From positions 16,244,001-16,308,000 of the forward strand of contig OX597833.1 in NCBI GenBank assembly GCA_951406725.2: DNA of 64,000 bases, in the 5' to 3' direction. The notes under the pieces are model-generated. The model was not told where the DNA came from. It worked only from the letters and a program-made list of their open reading frames with translations, and searched no databases. Numbering within the stretch: the stretch's first letter is position 1; the number at the start of each line of letters is the position of its first letter. Positions 26,493 to 39,254 of the stretch are shown here, piece by piece. The DNA is from Octopus vulgaris. Taxonomy: Eukaryota. The translations under genes and the position numbers were made by a program.

Positions 26493-26849
26493 GTTTAAGT
26501 CTTTAATGTTTAACAACGTTTAGAGACGAGATGTCAGGTAGGCATTTAGACAGACAGACAGACAAAGAGAGAAAAGATGGGAGATATAAACGTAGATCGA
26601 CATAGATAAAATTCCTCCCGTTTGTTTTTTGTGTCTTCTTGTCCATTTCTCTCCTTGTCTCTTCCGCTTAGAAAACGTCTCATTCCTTTCTATTTATTAC
26701 TATTTCCGTTGATGTACCTGCCACTATCTTTATCATTGTTTACGTAGATGAGTCAGGCCAAGGTAGTCTATGATCCCTGCAAGCGTTGTCGCTGTCCTCA
26801 TCATTCTGGTTAGCATCGTAAGATCTACGACGTCTATGCATTCATCTAA

Positions 26850-27140
26850 CCCCCAGCTGTGCAGACGTTTTTCTGTTCGGACTCCGCTAGCGTGGCCTCC
26901 TCTTACACACATTAGTCCATCCGACCTTGATATACTTCTCTTTGGACTTCATCAGTGAACTAAATCCAAAGTTGAGAAAGATATATGGACTAAATATCCG
27001 AGAACTATTGTTATTGATAGCCGTCCGTCGAAGTATACATAACGTCGAATTTGATGTTGAAGAGAGTGGTAAATGATTCATGCATCTTCATCGCCTCATC
27101 TTTACAACGGATCACCACAAGCGTGTCGTCCACAATTCTA
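26850..27140 (-). mobile_element. Very old PLE reverse transcriptase remnant
   Basis: RIVDDTLVVI...ESFTTLFNIKF resembles RYVDDTF...NIKFT; later LNFGFSSLMKSK. Confidence 0.4.
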
Positions 27141-27189
27141 AGGTACAGTATGATGTAGCACATGAGATGAAGTACACCACACTTTTATC

Positions 27190-27420
27190 TGTTTCTTTAT
27201 TACCCACAAGGGGCTAAACAGAGGGGACAAACAAGGACAGACAAACGAATTAAGTTGTTTACATAGATCCCAGTGCGTAACTGGTACTTAATTTATCGAC
27301 CCCGAAAGGATGAAAGGCAATATCGACCTCGGCGGAATTTGAACTCAGAACGTAACGGCAGATGAAATACGGCTACGCATTTCGCCCGGCGTGCTAACGT
27401 TTCTGCCAGCTCGCCGCCTT
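27190..27420 (-). mobile_element. SINE family B monomer
   Basis: Matches the family consensus. Confidence 0.9.
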
Positions 27421-27778
27421 TCCACACTTTATATCACCTTGGAAAAATATACTGAAACATCTCTCTTGAATTCATCAGATAACTAAATCAAATATCAAAG
27501 TGGTCACATATGGAACTAAATATCAAATATTTTATTGATATTTAGTTATATCTGGATAAAGTCAAACGCTTTTAAAAGCATACAAAAAGTATTAGGAAAG
27601 TGACTAGATGTTAATTACTTTGCTGCCATATTGGCTATGTGGTAAGAATCAGGCTTCCCAACCACATGGTTCCGGATTCAATCCCACTGCGTAACACCTT
27701 GGGCAAGTGTCTTCTATTATAGCCACGGGCCGACCAAAGTCTTGTGAATGGATTTAGTAGAGGGAAACTGGAAGAAGC

Positions 27779-27815
<37 letters not shown>

Positions 27816-27819
27816 TATT

Positions 27820-27908
27820 TTTCGGCTGATGAGTACAGGTCACTTATATTTACTGCAATATTTGCAGCCTTAATAAAGATGTCTTCGTACGAAACAATTG
27901 TACCGAAA
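27820..27908 (+). ncRNA. Type-I hammerhead ribozyme, fully canonical core, extended loop II
   Basis: tttcgg-CTGATGA-gtac-(~50 nt including the ctgcaa/ttgcag hairpin)-gtac-GAAA-caattg-TA-ccgaaa. Confidence 0.85.
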
Positions 27909-28074
27909 TATTGATCCATTCTTGTTGCTTTTTTCTTGTTTATAATCACCCCGCATTATCTTATGGTTAACACCATATAGATTTCTGGTGCATCTTAGTT
28001 AAGTACCGCATTCATGTGAATTCAACAGAACTCACTTGAATCTTAATTACTTTTACTGAATATTTATATATGTG

Positions 28075-28151
<77 letters not shown>

Positions 28152-28307
28152 GAAAGTTGGTCTGTAAAGCACGTGGTTGAATATATAGAAAATAGTAAAA
28201 AGTGAAAAAACTACAGAAGGCTTGTTTTAAAAGGTTAAAAAATATATATTTGAGTCAAAATGTCTGAAGAATGTTATCAATTTTTTTCTTACAATGACAT
28301 AGTTTAG

Positions 28308-28347
28308 AAGAAATGACCGGTTTCGCGTTCAGCTTTTCAAATTTCTT
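28308..28347 (-). ncRNA. Minimal hammerhead ribozyme with compensatory U3-A8 core
   Basis: Reverse complement: aagaaat-TTGAAAA-gc-tgaac-gc-GAAACCGGTC-atttctt; 7-bp stem I, palindromic ACCGGT, GUC site. Confidence 0.65.
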
Positions 28348-28372
28348 ACATCGTTATGTTTACGTTGAGAAG

Positions 28373-28433
<61 letters not shown>

Positions 28434-28457
28434 GTATATGTATGTGTGTGTGTGTGT

Positions 28458-28504
<47 letters not shown>

Positions 28505-29101
28505 TCCCCCAACATCGTTTGACAACCGATGCTGGTGTGTTTACGTCCCCGTAACTTAGCGGTTCGGCAAAAGAAGCCGATAGAATAAATACTAGGCTTG
28601 CAAAGAATAAGTCCTGGGAGTCGATTTCATCGATTAACACTCTTTAAGGCGGTGCTCCAGCATGGCTGCAGTCAAATGACTGAAACAAGTCAAAGAATAT
28701 ATGAATATCAGAAATATACCGAAATCATTTGAAAAGTCATTAAGACATCAAAATATCTACAAAATGACGCAGTTCATATTTCCAATATATTTTTTTTTAT
28801 AATGCAAAGAATGGTAAAGGATATTTCTTTAACAACAAAGTCAACGGACATAAAGGAGAAATAACCTGATATTTGCATTTCTGAATAACATTCTACATAT
28901 GCAGCAGCAACTTCAAAGAAATATGCTCCAATGACATCGATTCTTGTTTAAAGGAATCTTATTCTGTCTTTTGAAAAACAAAGATAATCGTATTAATTTG
29001 ATGCTAAGCAAGCTTTCAGAAATCTAAGGAGATAATACTGAGTATACTCTTAAGAATCGTATTATTACTAACCCATATATATAGTATTAGTTGCTTGTAC
29101 T

Positions 29102-31260
29102 AAGGCGGCGAGCTGGCAGAAACGTTAGCACGCCGGGCAAAATGCTTAGCGGTATTTCGTCCGCCGCTACGTTGTGAATTCGAATTCCGCCGAGGTCGAC
29201 TTTGCCTTTTATTCTTTCGGGGTCGATTAAATAAGTACCAGTTACGCACTAGGGTCGATGTAATCGACTTAATACCTATGTCAGTCCTTGTTTGGCCCCT
29301 CTATGTTTAACCCCTTGTGGGTAATAAAGAAATAGGTAAGGCGACGAGCGGGCTGAATCATTAGTCCGCCTTCACGTCCTGAGTTCAAATTCCGCTGAGA
29401 TCAACTTTGCCTTTCATCTTTTCGGGGTCGATAAATTAAGTATCAGTCGATTAAATAAGTACCAGTTACTGGGCTCGATATAGTCGACTTAATCTGTTTG
29501 TCTATCCTTGTTTGTCCTCTCTGTGGGTAGTAAAGAAATAGAAATAGGTATTACGTTCTGTGTTCAAATGCCGCCGCAGTCGACTTTGCCTTTCGCTGTC
29601 TCGGGGTCGATAAAATAAGTACCATTTGAGCACTAGTGTCGATGTAATCGATTGCCCCCCCCCCCCTATCCAAAAATGTTGGGCCTTGTGCCTAGAGTAG
29701 AAAAGAATTGTTACAGCGGCGGGCGAAATGCTTAGCCGTATTTCGTCTGTCGCTACCCTGTGAATTCGAATTCCGCCGAGGTCGACTTTGCCTTTTATTC
29801 TTTCGGGGTCGATTAAATAAGTACCAGTTACGCACTAGGTTCGATGTAATAGACTTAATCCCTTCCTCCAAATTTGGGGACTTGTGCTTCCAGTAAAATG
29901 AATTATTGACTTGTACTAAAAGGCGGCGAGCTGGCAGTATCGTTAGGACGCCGGGCGAAATGCTTAACAGTATTTCGTCTGCCGTTACGTTCTGAGTTCA
30001 AATTCCGCCGAGGTCGACTTTGCCTTTCATCCTTTCGGGGTCGATAAATTAAGTACTAGTTTCGCACTGGGGTCGATGTAATCGACTTAATCCCTTTGTC
30101 TGTCCTTGTTTGTCCCCTCTGTGTTTAGCCCCTTGTGGGCAGAAAAGAAATAGGTATTTCGTCTGTCTTTATGTTCTGAGTTCAAATTCCGCTGAGGTCG
30201 ACTTTGCCTTTCATTCTTTCGGGGTCGATAAATTAAGTACCAGTTGAGCACTGGGGTCGATATAATCGACTTAATCCGTTTGTTTCTGTCCTTGTTTTAC
30301 CAAGGCAGCGAGCCGGTTGAATTTTTAACGTGCCGGAAAATGCTTAACGGCACTCTAAGTTCTAAGTTCAACTTCCGGCAAAGCTGAGCACTGGGTTTAA
30401 TGTAATCGACCAGATCCCTCTCCTTAAAAACTTTTGGTCCTGTGTCAAAATTTGAAACTACGATTCACTAAGGTGGCGACCTGACAGAAGCGTTAACCCA
30501 CCGGAAAAAATGCTTAAAAGTAATTCATTCGGCTGTGATTCAGTAATTCATTCAAAAGGCGGCGAGCTGGCAGTATCGTTAGGACGCCGGGCAGAAAAGA
30601 AATAGGTATTTCGTCTGTCTTTATGTTCTGAGTTCAAATTCCGCTGAGGTCGACTTTGCCTTTCATTCCTTTCGGGGTCGATAAATTAAGTACCAGTTTC
30701 GCACTGGGGTCGATGTAATCGACTTAATCCCTTTGTCTGTCCTTGTTTGTCCCCTCTGTGTTTAACCCCTTGTAGGCAGAAAAGAAATAGGTATTTCGTC
30801 TGTCTTTATGTTCTGAGTTCAAATTCCGCTGAGGTCGACTTTGCCTTTCATTCTTTCGGGGTCGATAAATTAAGTACCAGTTACGCACTGGGGTCGATAT
30901 AATCGACTTAATCCGTTTGTCTGTCCTTGTTTGTCCCCTCTGTGTTTAACCCCTTGTAGGCAGAAAAGAAATAGGTATTTCGTCTGCCGTTACGTTATGA
31001 GTTCAAGTTCCGCCGAGGTCGACTTTGCCTTTCATTCTTTCGAGGGTCGATAAATTAAGCACCAGTTACGCACTGAGGTCGATGCAATCGACTTAATCCG
31101 TCTGTCTGTCCTTTTTTGTCCCCTCTATGTTTAGCCCCTTGTGGGCAATAAAAAAATAAGTAATTCACACGGCTTTACGTTCTAAGTTCAAGTTACGCCG
31201 AAGTCGACTTTTGCCTTTCATCCTTTCGGGGGTCGATAAAATAAGTACCAGTTGAACAGC
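29102..31260 (+). mobile_element. Large cluster/array of SINE family B units
   Basis: About ten head-to-tail units, most restarting at ggtatttcgtctg. Confidence 0.9.
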
Positions 31261-31909
31261 GGATTCATATAATTTTAGATGTCCTGCCAATAGCAGGAAG
31301 AATAATTTACTTTCGCAATATTTAAGCTTTGAAAGCTTCGGCTCTTCTTACATGGCAATCCTTAAATTACGAAAGCATTTAATACTTTCGTTTTCTCTCA
31401 AGTTGATAGCATTACATTAATATTCTTTTCTGTCAAAATGGAAAACTAAATTTGTTTTGCGCTGCTGTCATTGCAAAATTTCATACATTGAAGACACCGG
31501 TTAGAAATAGGTTTAACAGCTTTTAAAAGTAATAGCAAACGGTTAACTATATTTTAGGTGAGATTTATAAATAATATAAGAACATTGTTTTGGACAAAAG
31601 CGGAGTTTTCTGTGTGCTTCAAAGGAATTCTTAAGCTGAAGATTATAACCAATCACTTTCGCTGTGCAGTAACAGAACATCAGAGAACTAGAGTACAATG
31701 ACATCCGTTCCTTTCTTAAGAATGAAATTCTATCTTCAGAAGGTAAGGATAAGCGTATTAATGTAGAAGAAAGTAAGGCTCGAATTCTTCGAGGAATTCT
31801 TCTGTGATATTTCCAAGCACTTCTATTATTGGTTTTCTCCTCTTGTGTCTCTTGCTAATAACTTTTGCTTCCCCGCCCACCTCACTACCACACTCTTTCC
31901 TTCTTTCTT

Positions 31910-31982
<73 letters not shown>

Positions 31983-32227
31983 CATATATATTCATACAAA
32001 CATATGCATATATATATATATATATATATATACATACATATATATATATACATATATATACATACAAACACATACAAACATATATATATATATATATACA
32101 TATATAATCAAACATATATACTTACATATATATACATACATACATATATATACACATACATATATAAACACACATGCATATATATACACATACATACTTA
32201 TAAACATATATATATATATACTTACAT

Positions 32228-32271
<44 letters not shown>

Positions 32272-32634
32272 GCATACATACATGTTTACATACATATACA
32301 TACATATATATATATACATACATGCATACATACATACATACATACATACATACATACATACATACATACATGCATGCATGCATGCTTAAACGACAAGGAA
32401 AATACGAAAGCTTGTGAGATTGTTAGAGACTGTTATGAAACCCTAGATTTTCATTAATCCTCTGTTAGCTGTTGAAGCTGATTATTAAGAATATATTCCA
32501 TGTAAAAACGTAAATCCCATGACAAATTTTCAAAACTAAAATTTTGATATTCGTGAAGTGCACACCGGTTTCAATTCTCACTCAAGTAAAGTTCACTCGT
32601 TCAATCACCTTAGGAATTCCCTTTATATTCCCCC

Positions 32635-33600
32635 GAAAGAATAAAAACAACATCGACCTCGGCGCAATTTGAACTCGGAGTGTAAAGGCTGACGGAATGC
32701 CGCTAAGCAATTTTTCCAGCGCGGAAACGATTCTGCCAGTTCGCCACTTTCCTCATAGTCCTTTCCGGTAATGGTGCAAGGCCTGCAATTTTGATGAGAG
32801 GGGACTAGTCGATTACATCGACTCCAGTGTTCAACTGGTACTTAATTTATCGATCCCGAAAGGTTGAAAGACAAAGTCGATCTCAGCGGAATTTGAACTC
32901 AGGACGTGAAGGCGGACTAATGATTCTGCCAGTTCGTCGCTTTACCTATTTCTTTATTACCCACAAGGGGCTAAACATAGAGGGGACAAACAAGGACAGA
33001 CATAGGTATTAAGTCGATTACATCGACCACAGTGCGTAACTGGTACTTAATTTATCGACCCCGAAAAGATAAAAGGCAAAGTCGATCTCGGCGGAATTTG
33101 AACTCACAACCTAACGGCAGGCGAAATACCGCTAAGCATTTCGCCCGGCGTGCTGACGACTGTGCCAGCTCACTGCCCTTATCCTCTTAAAATTGGGGCA
33201 TTTTGATACCTATTTCTTAACTAGCCACAAGGGGCTAAACACAGAGGGGACAAACAAGGACAGACAAACGGATTAAGTCAATTATATCGACCCCAGTGCG
33301 TAACTAGTACTTAATTTATCGACCCCGAAAGGATGAAAGACAAAGTCGACCTCGGCGGAATTAGAACTCAAAACGTAGCGGCAGAGGAAATACCTATTTC
33401 TTTACTACCTACAAGGGGCTAAACACAGAGAGATCAAACAAGGACAGACAAACGGATTAAGTCGATTACATCGACCCCAGTGCGTAACTGGTACTTAATT
33501 TATCGACCCCGAAAGGATGAAAGACGAAGTCGATCTCAGCGGAATTTTAACTCAGGATGTGAAGGCGGACTAATGATTCTGCCAGCTCGTCGACTTCCTT
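32635..33600 (-). mobile_element. SINE family B array
   Basis: Reverse complement of the family consensus, several units. Confidence 0.85.
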
Positions 33601-34180
33601 AGCAGCTCGGGTGATAATATTCGTTTTTTAACGAAAGCCGTTATTTAGAAAGATGTGGTTAGTCGAATAAATCGATCTCTGTATTTGTCTGGTAAACAGC
33701 TTTACGTTTGTTTTTGCCGTAAGATTTTGCCGAATTGATGTTTTCTCAAGTAGTTTAGTCATATTCAAAGTGAGTCTGTTGTTGAAAACAAACTCTTACT
33801 CGCAGTTTTCTGTATTTGGCAAAAAATAATCCGCAGCATGTGTGCAGTGTTGTTACTGCTGTTAAATCATCAACTCTGCCAACTTGGCTAATATTTATCC
33901 TAAAATTATCATAATTTTCCCGTATAGCCACAAGCATTTCTTCATATTTTTATCGTTTTTGTTTTGTATTTTGTTTTTTGTGGGTGGTGGGGGTCACGTT
34001 TCCTGATTTGTTTGTCTTTAATATCGACTTGGCGAAAGAAGCTATTAAAACTGCCTGGAATTTTTCGTTTCCTAAGCAAGAAAATACTAACACATGGTGA
34101 AAGCAACAACGCACTGCAACGGCGCATGCTTCCACACCTAACCTGATCTATATCGACTCATGAATTAGCCCAGACAATAT

Positions 34181-34566
34181 GGATGGAAGCACTCCGTCGG
34201 TTACGACGACGAAGGTTCCGGTTGATCCGATCAACGGAACAGCTTGCTCGTGAAATTAACGTGTAAGTGGCTGAGCACTCCACAGACACGTGTACCCTTA
34301 ACGTAGTTCTCGGGGATATTCAGCGTGACACAGAGAGTGACAAGGCCGGCTCTTTGAAATACAGGTACAACAGAAACAGGAAGTAAGAGTGAGAGAAAGT
34401 TGTGGTGAAAGAGTACAGCAGGGATCACCACCATCCCCTGCCGGAGCCTCGTGGAGCTTTTAGGTGTTTTCGCTCAATAAACACTCACAACGCCCGGTCT
34501 GGGAATCGAAACCGCGATCCTACGACCGCGAGTCTGCTGCCCTAACCACTGAGCCATTGCGCCTCC
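34181..34566 (-). mobile_element. SINE family C, tail type 1
   Basis: TSD cccagacaatat. Confidence 0.9.
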
Positions 34567-34599
34567 CCCAGACAATATAGAAAGCGAACGACTGGAGAA

Positions 34600-35480
34600 C
34601 GCCATGAAAGGATAAAAACCCAAGCTTCTAATTTAAATATTTTACAAGCACAGCTAAAGTGCTGACAAGCATATACATAATAACGGCGAAAATTACAAAC
34701 AACAATCCACTGGGTTATTAAGAGACAAAAGCCAACGTAATCCTCAACGCTAAAGAAACAGCAATCCTTAAAAACTAGGCTCATTGCCTGCCTTCTTACA
34801 ATTTCCAAAGCTAAAAGGGAAAGAAGGGTCTAAGTATGACAGGGATTGACTGGCAGAAGGTTTTTGACAGTGTGCCTAATATCGATTCCTGAGACATTAG
34901 CCTTTATTAAGAAAGCACCAGTAATTTCAACAGCTATGTTAATCACATCAAAAGTAAATGAAAGGTTTTCTATAACTGCTGATACGAACAAAAGAGATTA
35001 TTATGAAAGCTAATTCCCATCTGTAATAGAGGGAAAATATCCTAAAAAGACTTCATCCTTCTCTCTCCAATTCTTTCGGTCTGATGTTACCATTTATAAC
35101 CAGATCGGATGTCGAAAGAAATAATGTGTGAGCACAATCAATTATCGTTTGTATACGGACAACTTCATGTTGCAAACGATAAGCAACTAGAAACACGGCT
35201 ACAGATTATACACAGATATATTTGTTATAAAATTTCGGGTTAAAAAAATGCATTGAAGCAACCTTGAAGGGAAGAAAATTAATTAAGAGCTCAGATAAGG
35301 AAACGTAAGAAATAAAGATAAGATTTACAAATTCTTAGAAATTTATGAACTACAAGTTATATGTCAAGAAAATGTTGTGGAGGAATGTTCTAGACGCATT
35401 AGATTGATGCTTAAATAGAGCTAGATGCGAAATAAATTTAATGAAATGCCTCAATACTTTAGCTGGTCGCGGTAATAAAT
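34600..35480 (+). mobile_element. Degenerate R4/Dong-like RT remnant
   Basis: LSMTGIDWQKVFDSVP, NYRLYTDNF (resembling HLLYMDDL), YKFLEI, RIRLMLK...NTLA. Confidence 0.65.
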
Positions 35481-35936
35481 AATTTCTGCTTTCTATTCGA
35501 TATTTGCTCGATTATATAAATTTAAAGTGTCATAAACAAAAATGAGAAGCGAAAAAAAAATTGGCTTAAAGTTCTTAATTCTTCCAAGAAGTCCCGATGT
35601 CTGGAATGGTAGATTTTGATGCCAGTTCTAAGATAACCAGTGTAGCAGAGCCATTTGCTGATAATGAGAATAGAATGGGGAAATGTATTAATATTGTTAA
35701 TGTAATCTGAAATCTTTTTGATGATAAAGGAGACGAACAGCAACCAGGCTGGCACCTCTCACAGACATCATCATTACGAACATGAATGTTAGTCACAACG
35801 ACTAACATAACATTTTAGCCTCCTCCCATAAACAATTTCTATTACGACTATGATCACTACTAACACTACTACCACCGCTACTACCTTCTATAAACATATT
35901 TAAAGTAAACAATATATTTGAAAAGCATATGAAATA

Positions 35937-37040
35937 TTGGGTTGTCCGGAAAGTTCGTGCCGATTTAGAGTAGCTTACCTTTCGACTTATTTTAGAATAT
36001 GGTTGAGTCTGTAAAATAGGATTTGACTATACCTCCATTTAGGGCAGAGTTTAAGCAAGCATATCATAAATGTGAGGTTACTCACGGATATGTATTCAGA
36101 AAATGTGAAGGCCATTGTGGTCGACAAAGACACATACAAGAGACTGAGAGACATGTGCGGAGACAAGATTGACCCGCACGGAGTGTTGGTGGGGTTCGAC
36201 GAACTGCCACCCGTACTTGAACTCAGAGACTTGGAGCCTTTCATGAAGTACTAAAAAGGAAAAAAAAAAAAGAATAAGTAAAATTGTTTTGTTGAAAGAA
36301 AAAAAGGGAAAAATTAAAAGTGTTTCATGTAAAAAAAAAAAAAAGAGGAAAAAGGATGATTAAGAAAAAACAATAGAAAAATAGAACGATTGTAAATAGT
36401 GTGTATAAACGTTCAAATGGTACTGCATGGAAATGGGGCCCATGCAGCCATTTCATTTCTTCATTTTTATATAACATTTCATTCTCATTCGTTTTATGTT
36501 TTATGTCCCCATTGTGGTGTTGTGTCTGTCCTTGTAGTGCCCCCCTCTCTGTTGTTGTCGTGGTGCCAAATAAAGAAATAGGAGCAGGATTAGAAATCTT
36601 TTCGTGGAAGAAGGTTTATGTTCCTATAACTTGTGTTAATTCTGTAACCCTTTAAATTGGAAGATAAGAAAGTTCATTTTCGGCACTTGATGCTTTGGGG
36701 ACCAGACAAAAATTGCTGCAGCTCGGCTGGGATGTGTTACCCCACCCTCCATATTCAACAGATATTGCTCCTTCGGATTTCCACTTATTCAGGTCTCTGC
36801 AGAATAGTCTGAATGGTAAAAATTTCAATTACTTGGATGACGTAAAAAGACACATTGATGAATTCTTTGGTATGAAACCACCTCAATTCTGGGAAGAGGA
36901 TATTTTCAAGTTAAAGGAAAGATGGAGACGCATTGTGCAACAAAATGGTTCATATTTGGTTGATTAAAAATGTAATTGCAAGTATTTATTGACCTTTTTC
37001 TTTCCTTTAAAAATCGACACGAACTTTGCGGACAACCCAA
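35937..37040 (+). mobile_element. Internally deleted mariner (same family as 6961-7531) with a ~540-bp nested insertion
   Basis: Same TIRs and TA flanks; LGWDVLPHPPYSTDIAPSDFHLFRSLQN...ERWRRIVQQNGSYL; foreign DNA at ~36057-36596. Confidence 0.9.
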
Positions 37041-37541
37041 TAGATTAATTAAAAACAGCATTCTATTTTAGAAAGAAAATCTTCCCAGGGTTAGATATAT
37101 CTATCTAATAAGGAATGTAAATTTGAATCCATTCAAGAAATAAATGCATTTGAATCCCTTCGACGAATGGGGGTCCATCAAGACAAAGCCGCATAGTGTA
37201 GCACTGTGGGAAACGACCATCACCCTTATGGATACCTGTATGCAGGATCAAAGCTTAAGACTCCCAGTAACATCCTCGACCTATCCCCATCGCTTCTTTT
37301 CCTATCACTACTAGAACTTAAGGAAGAGACTGTGATGATGCTGGTGAAAGTGTTGGTGTCTCGGTTTGCTGGATATCCTGCACGATGAATATTATTATAA
37401 TGTGTAGAAATATTGTCATAAAACTAAGGAAAATGTGGGACAGAATTCTGCTTTAAGCACACCATGAAACCCTCATAACTTCTTTTTTTAATTTTGGGAA
37501 ATTTCAGAAACTTTTTTGCTTATTTGTGTTCTACATACTGG

Positions 37542-38159
37542 GGATCTTTACCTTTTGACCGACAGATTTTTAAAATAATTTTTTGTAACTAAACACTTTG
37601 AAACTTAGGACACTGGTAGAATGTGTCATATAAAACATCTTTTACTCTTAGCATTTTTGAGAAAAACTAATATTTACGAAGTTATTTCACGTTAAAGTTG
37701 TCGTATTTCGGTAATTTCAACCATCCAATGACGTGTATTCAGCCGAATAAAATTACTGCTGTTGTTTGTCAACAAGAACTTCCGGCGGTGTATATTTCGT
37801 TTGTCACTGTTATTTATGACATCGTTCGTGCGTTTGTACTGGTTTTAGCTTTAAGGTTTTAGGGTTTTAGGGTTAGGGTTGTCATAAATAACAGTGACAA
37901 ACGAAATATACACCGCGGGAAATTCTTGTTGACAAACAACGGCAGTAATTTTATTCAGCTGAATACACGTCATTGATTGGTTGAAATTACCGAAATCGGA
38001 CTACTTTGATGTGAAATTACTTCGTAAATATAAGTTTTTCTCAAAAACGCTAAGAGTAAAAGATGTTTTATTTGACACGTTCTACCAGTGTCCGAAGTTT
38101 GAAAGTGTTTAGTTACAAAAATTTATTTTTTAAATCTGTCAGTCAAAAGGTAAAGATCC
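37542..38159. mobile_element. Foldback MITE (~280-bp arms, GGATC ends) with TTAGGG-like spacer
   Basis: 37542-37820 is the reverse complement of 37881-38159; related to 16076-16368. Confidence 0.9.
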
Positions 38160-38204
38160 TACTCCTTCAATGAAATGCCGGTCCGCTGCAGAATTCAAAA
38201 GCAG

Positions 38205-38985
38205 AAATGTTGAGGGGAAGGGAGAAGTCTAACCCAGTATTTTACTGGTACCTCACTTTCTCAACTCTGAAGGAATGAAAGGCAACGTCTCAACTTCAAC
38301 GGTATTTGAACTAAAAACGTAAAGAGCTGGAAGAAATGCTGCTAAGAATTTGTCCGACGTGCTACCTTTGGGGGAAATGTATTTATTTTTTTATTGCCCA
38401 CAAGGGGCTAAACATAGAGGGGACAAACAAGGACAGACAAAGAGATTAAGTCGATTACATCGACCCCAGTGCGTAACTGTACTTATTTAATCGACCCCGA
38501 AAGGATGAAAGGCAAAGTCGACCTCGGCAGAATTTGAACTCACAACGTAACGGCGGATGAAATACCTATTTCTTTATTACCCACAAGGGACTAAACACAG
38601 AGAGGACAGACAAGGACAGACAAACGGAAAAAATCGATTATATCGAGTCCCAGTGCGTAACTGGTACTAAATTTATCGAATCCGAAAGGATGAAAGGCAA
38701 AGTCGACCTCGGCGGAATTTGAACTCAGAACGTAACGGCAGACGAAATACCTATTTCTTTACTACCCACAAGGGGCTAAACACTGAGAGGGCAGACAAGG
38801 ACAGACAGACGGATTAAGTCGATTATATCGATCCCAGGGCGTAACTGGTCCTTAATTTATCGACCCCGAAAGGATGAAAGGCAAAGTCGACCTCGGCGGA
38901 ATTTGAACTCAGAACGTAACGGCGGACGAAACACCGATAAGCATTTTGTCCGACGTGCTGACAATGCAACCAGCTCGCTACCTTT
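38205..38985 (-). mobile_element. SINE family B array
   Basis: Three good units plus one degenerate unit. Confidence 0.9.
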
Positions 38986-39254
38986 GGGGTAAATGTATAA
39001 AACATTAAAATTCTTCTCGGGTTTTGTATCAAGAACATTCGAAAAATAAGACAGACGTATTTGATGAGTTGTCAACTAGCTATAACGTATACCAATCATA
39101 TATTTACACAGAAATCTAAATAGAATTATCGAATAAATCTAATATTACCGCTAGCAAATCTAAATTATTTTGCTTTATTCCATGCATTGCATCCAAACAA
39201 ATCAATATCCCACGAACAAATCCACGCAAAAGACAAAATTGCAAATTTTTTTTT

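Larger units (their letters stand above)
27628..28697 (+). mobile_element. SINE family A split by two hammerhead-bearing inserts in its internal (TA)n
   Basis: Head at 27628-27780 and tail at 28495-28697; foreign segments at ~27811-28065 and ~28150-28378. Confidence 0.75.

Noticed and set aside
29102-31260. CRISPR-like regular repeats
   Set aside because: The units are ~180-bp SINE bodies with no unique spacers, there are no cas genes, and the context is eukaryotic.
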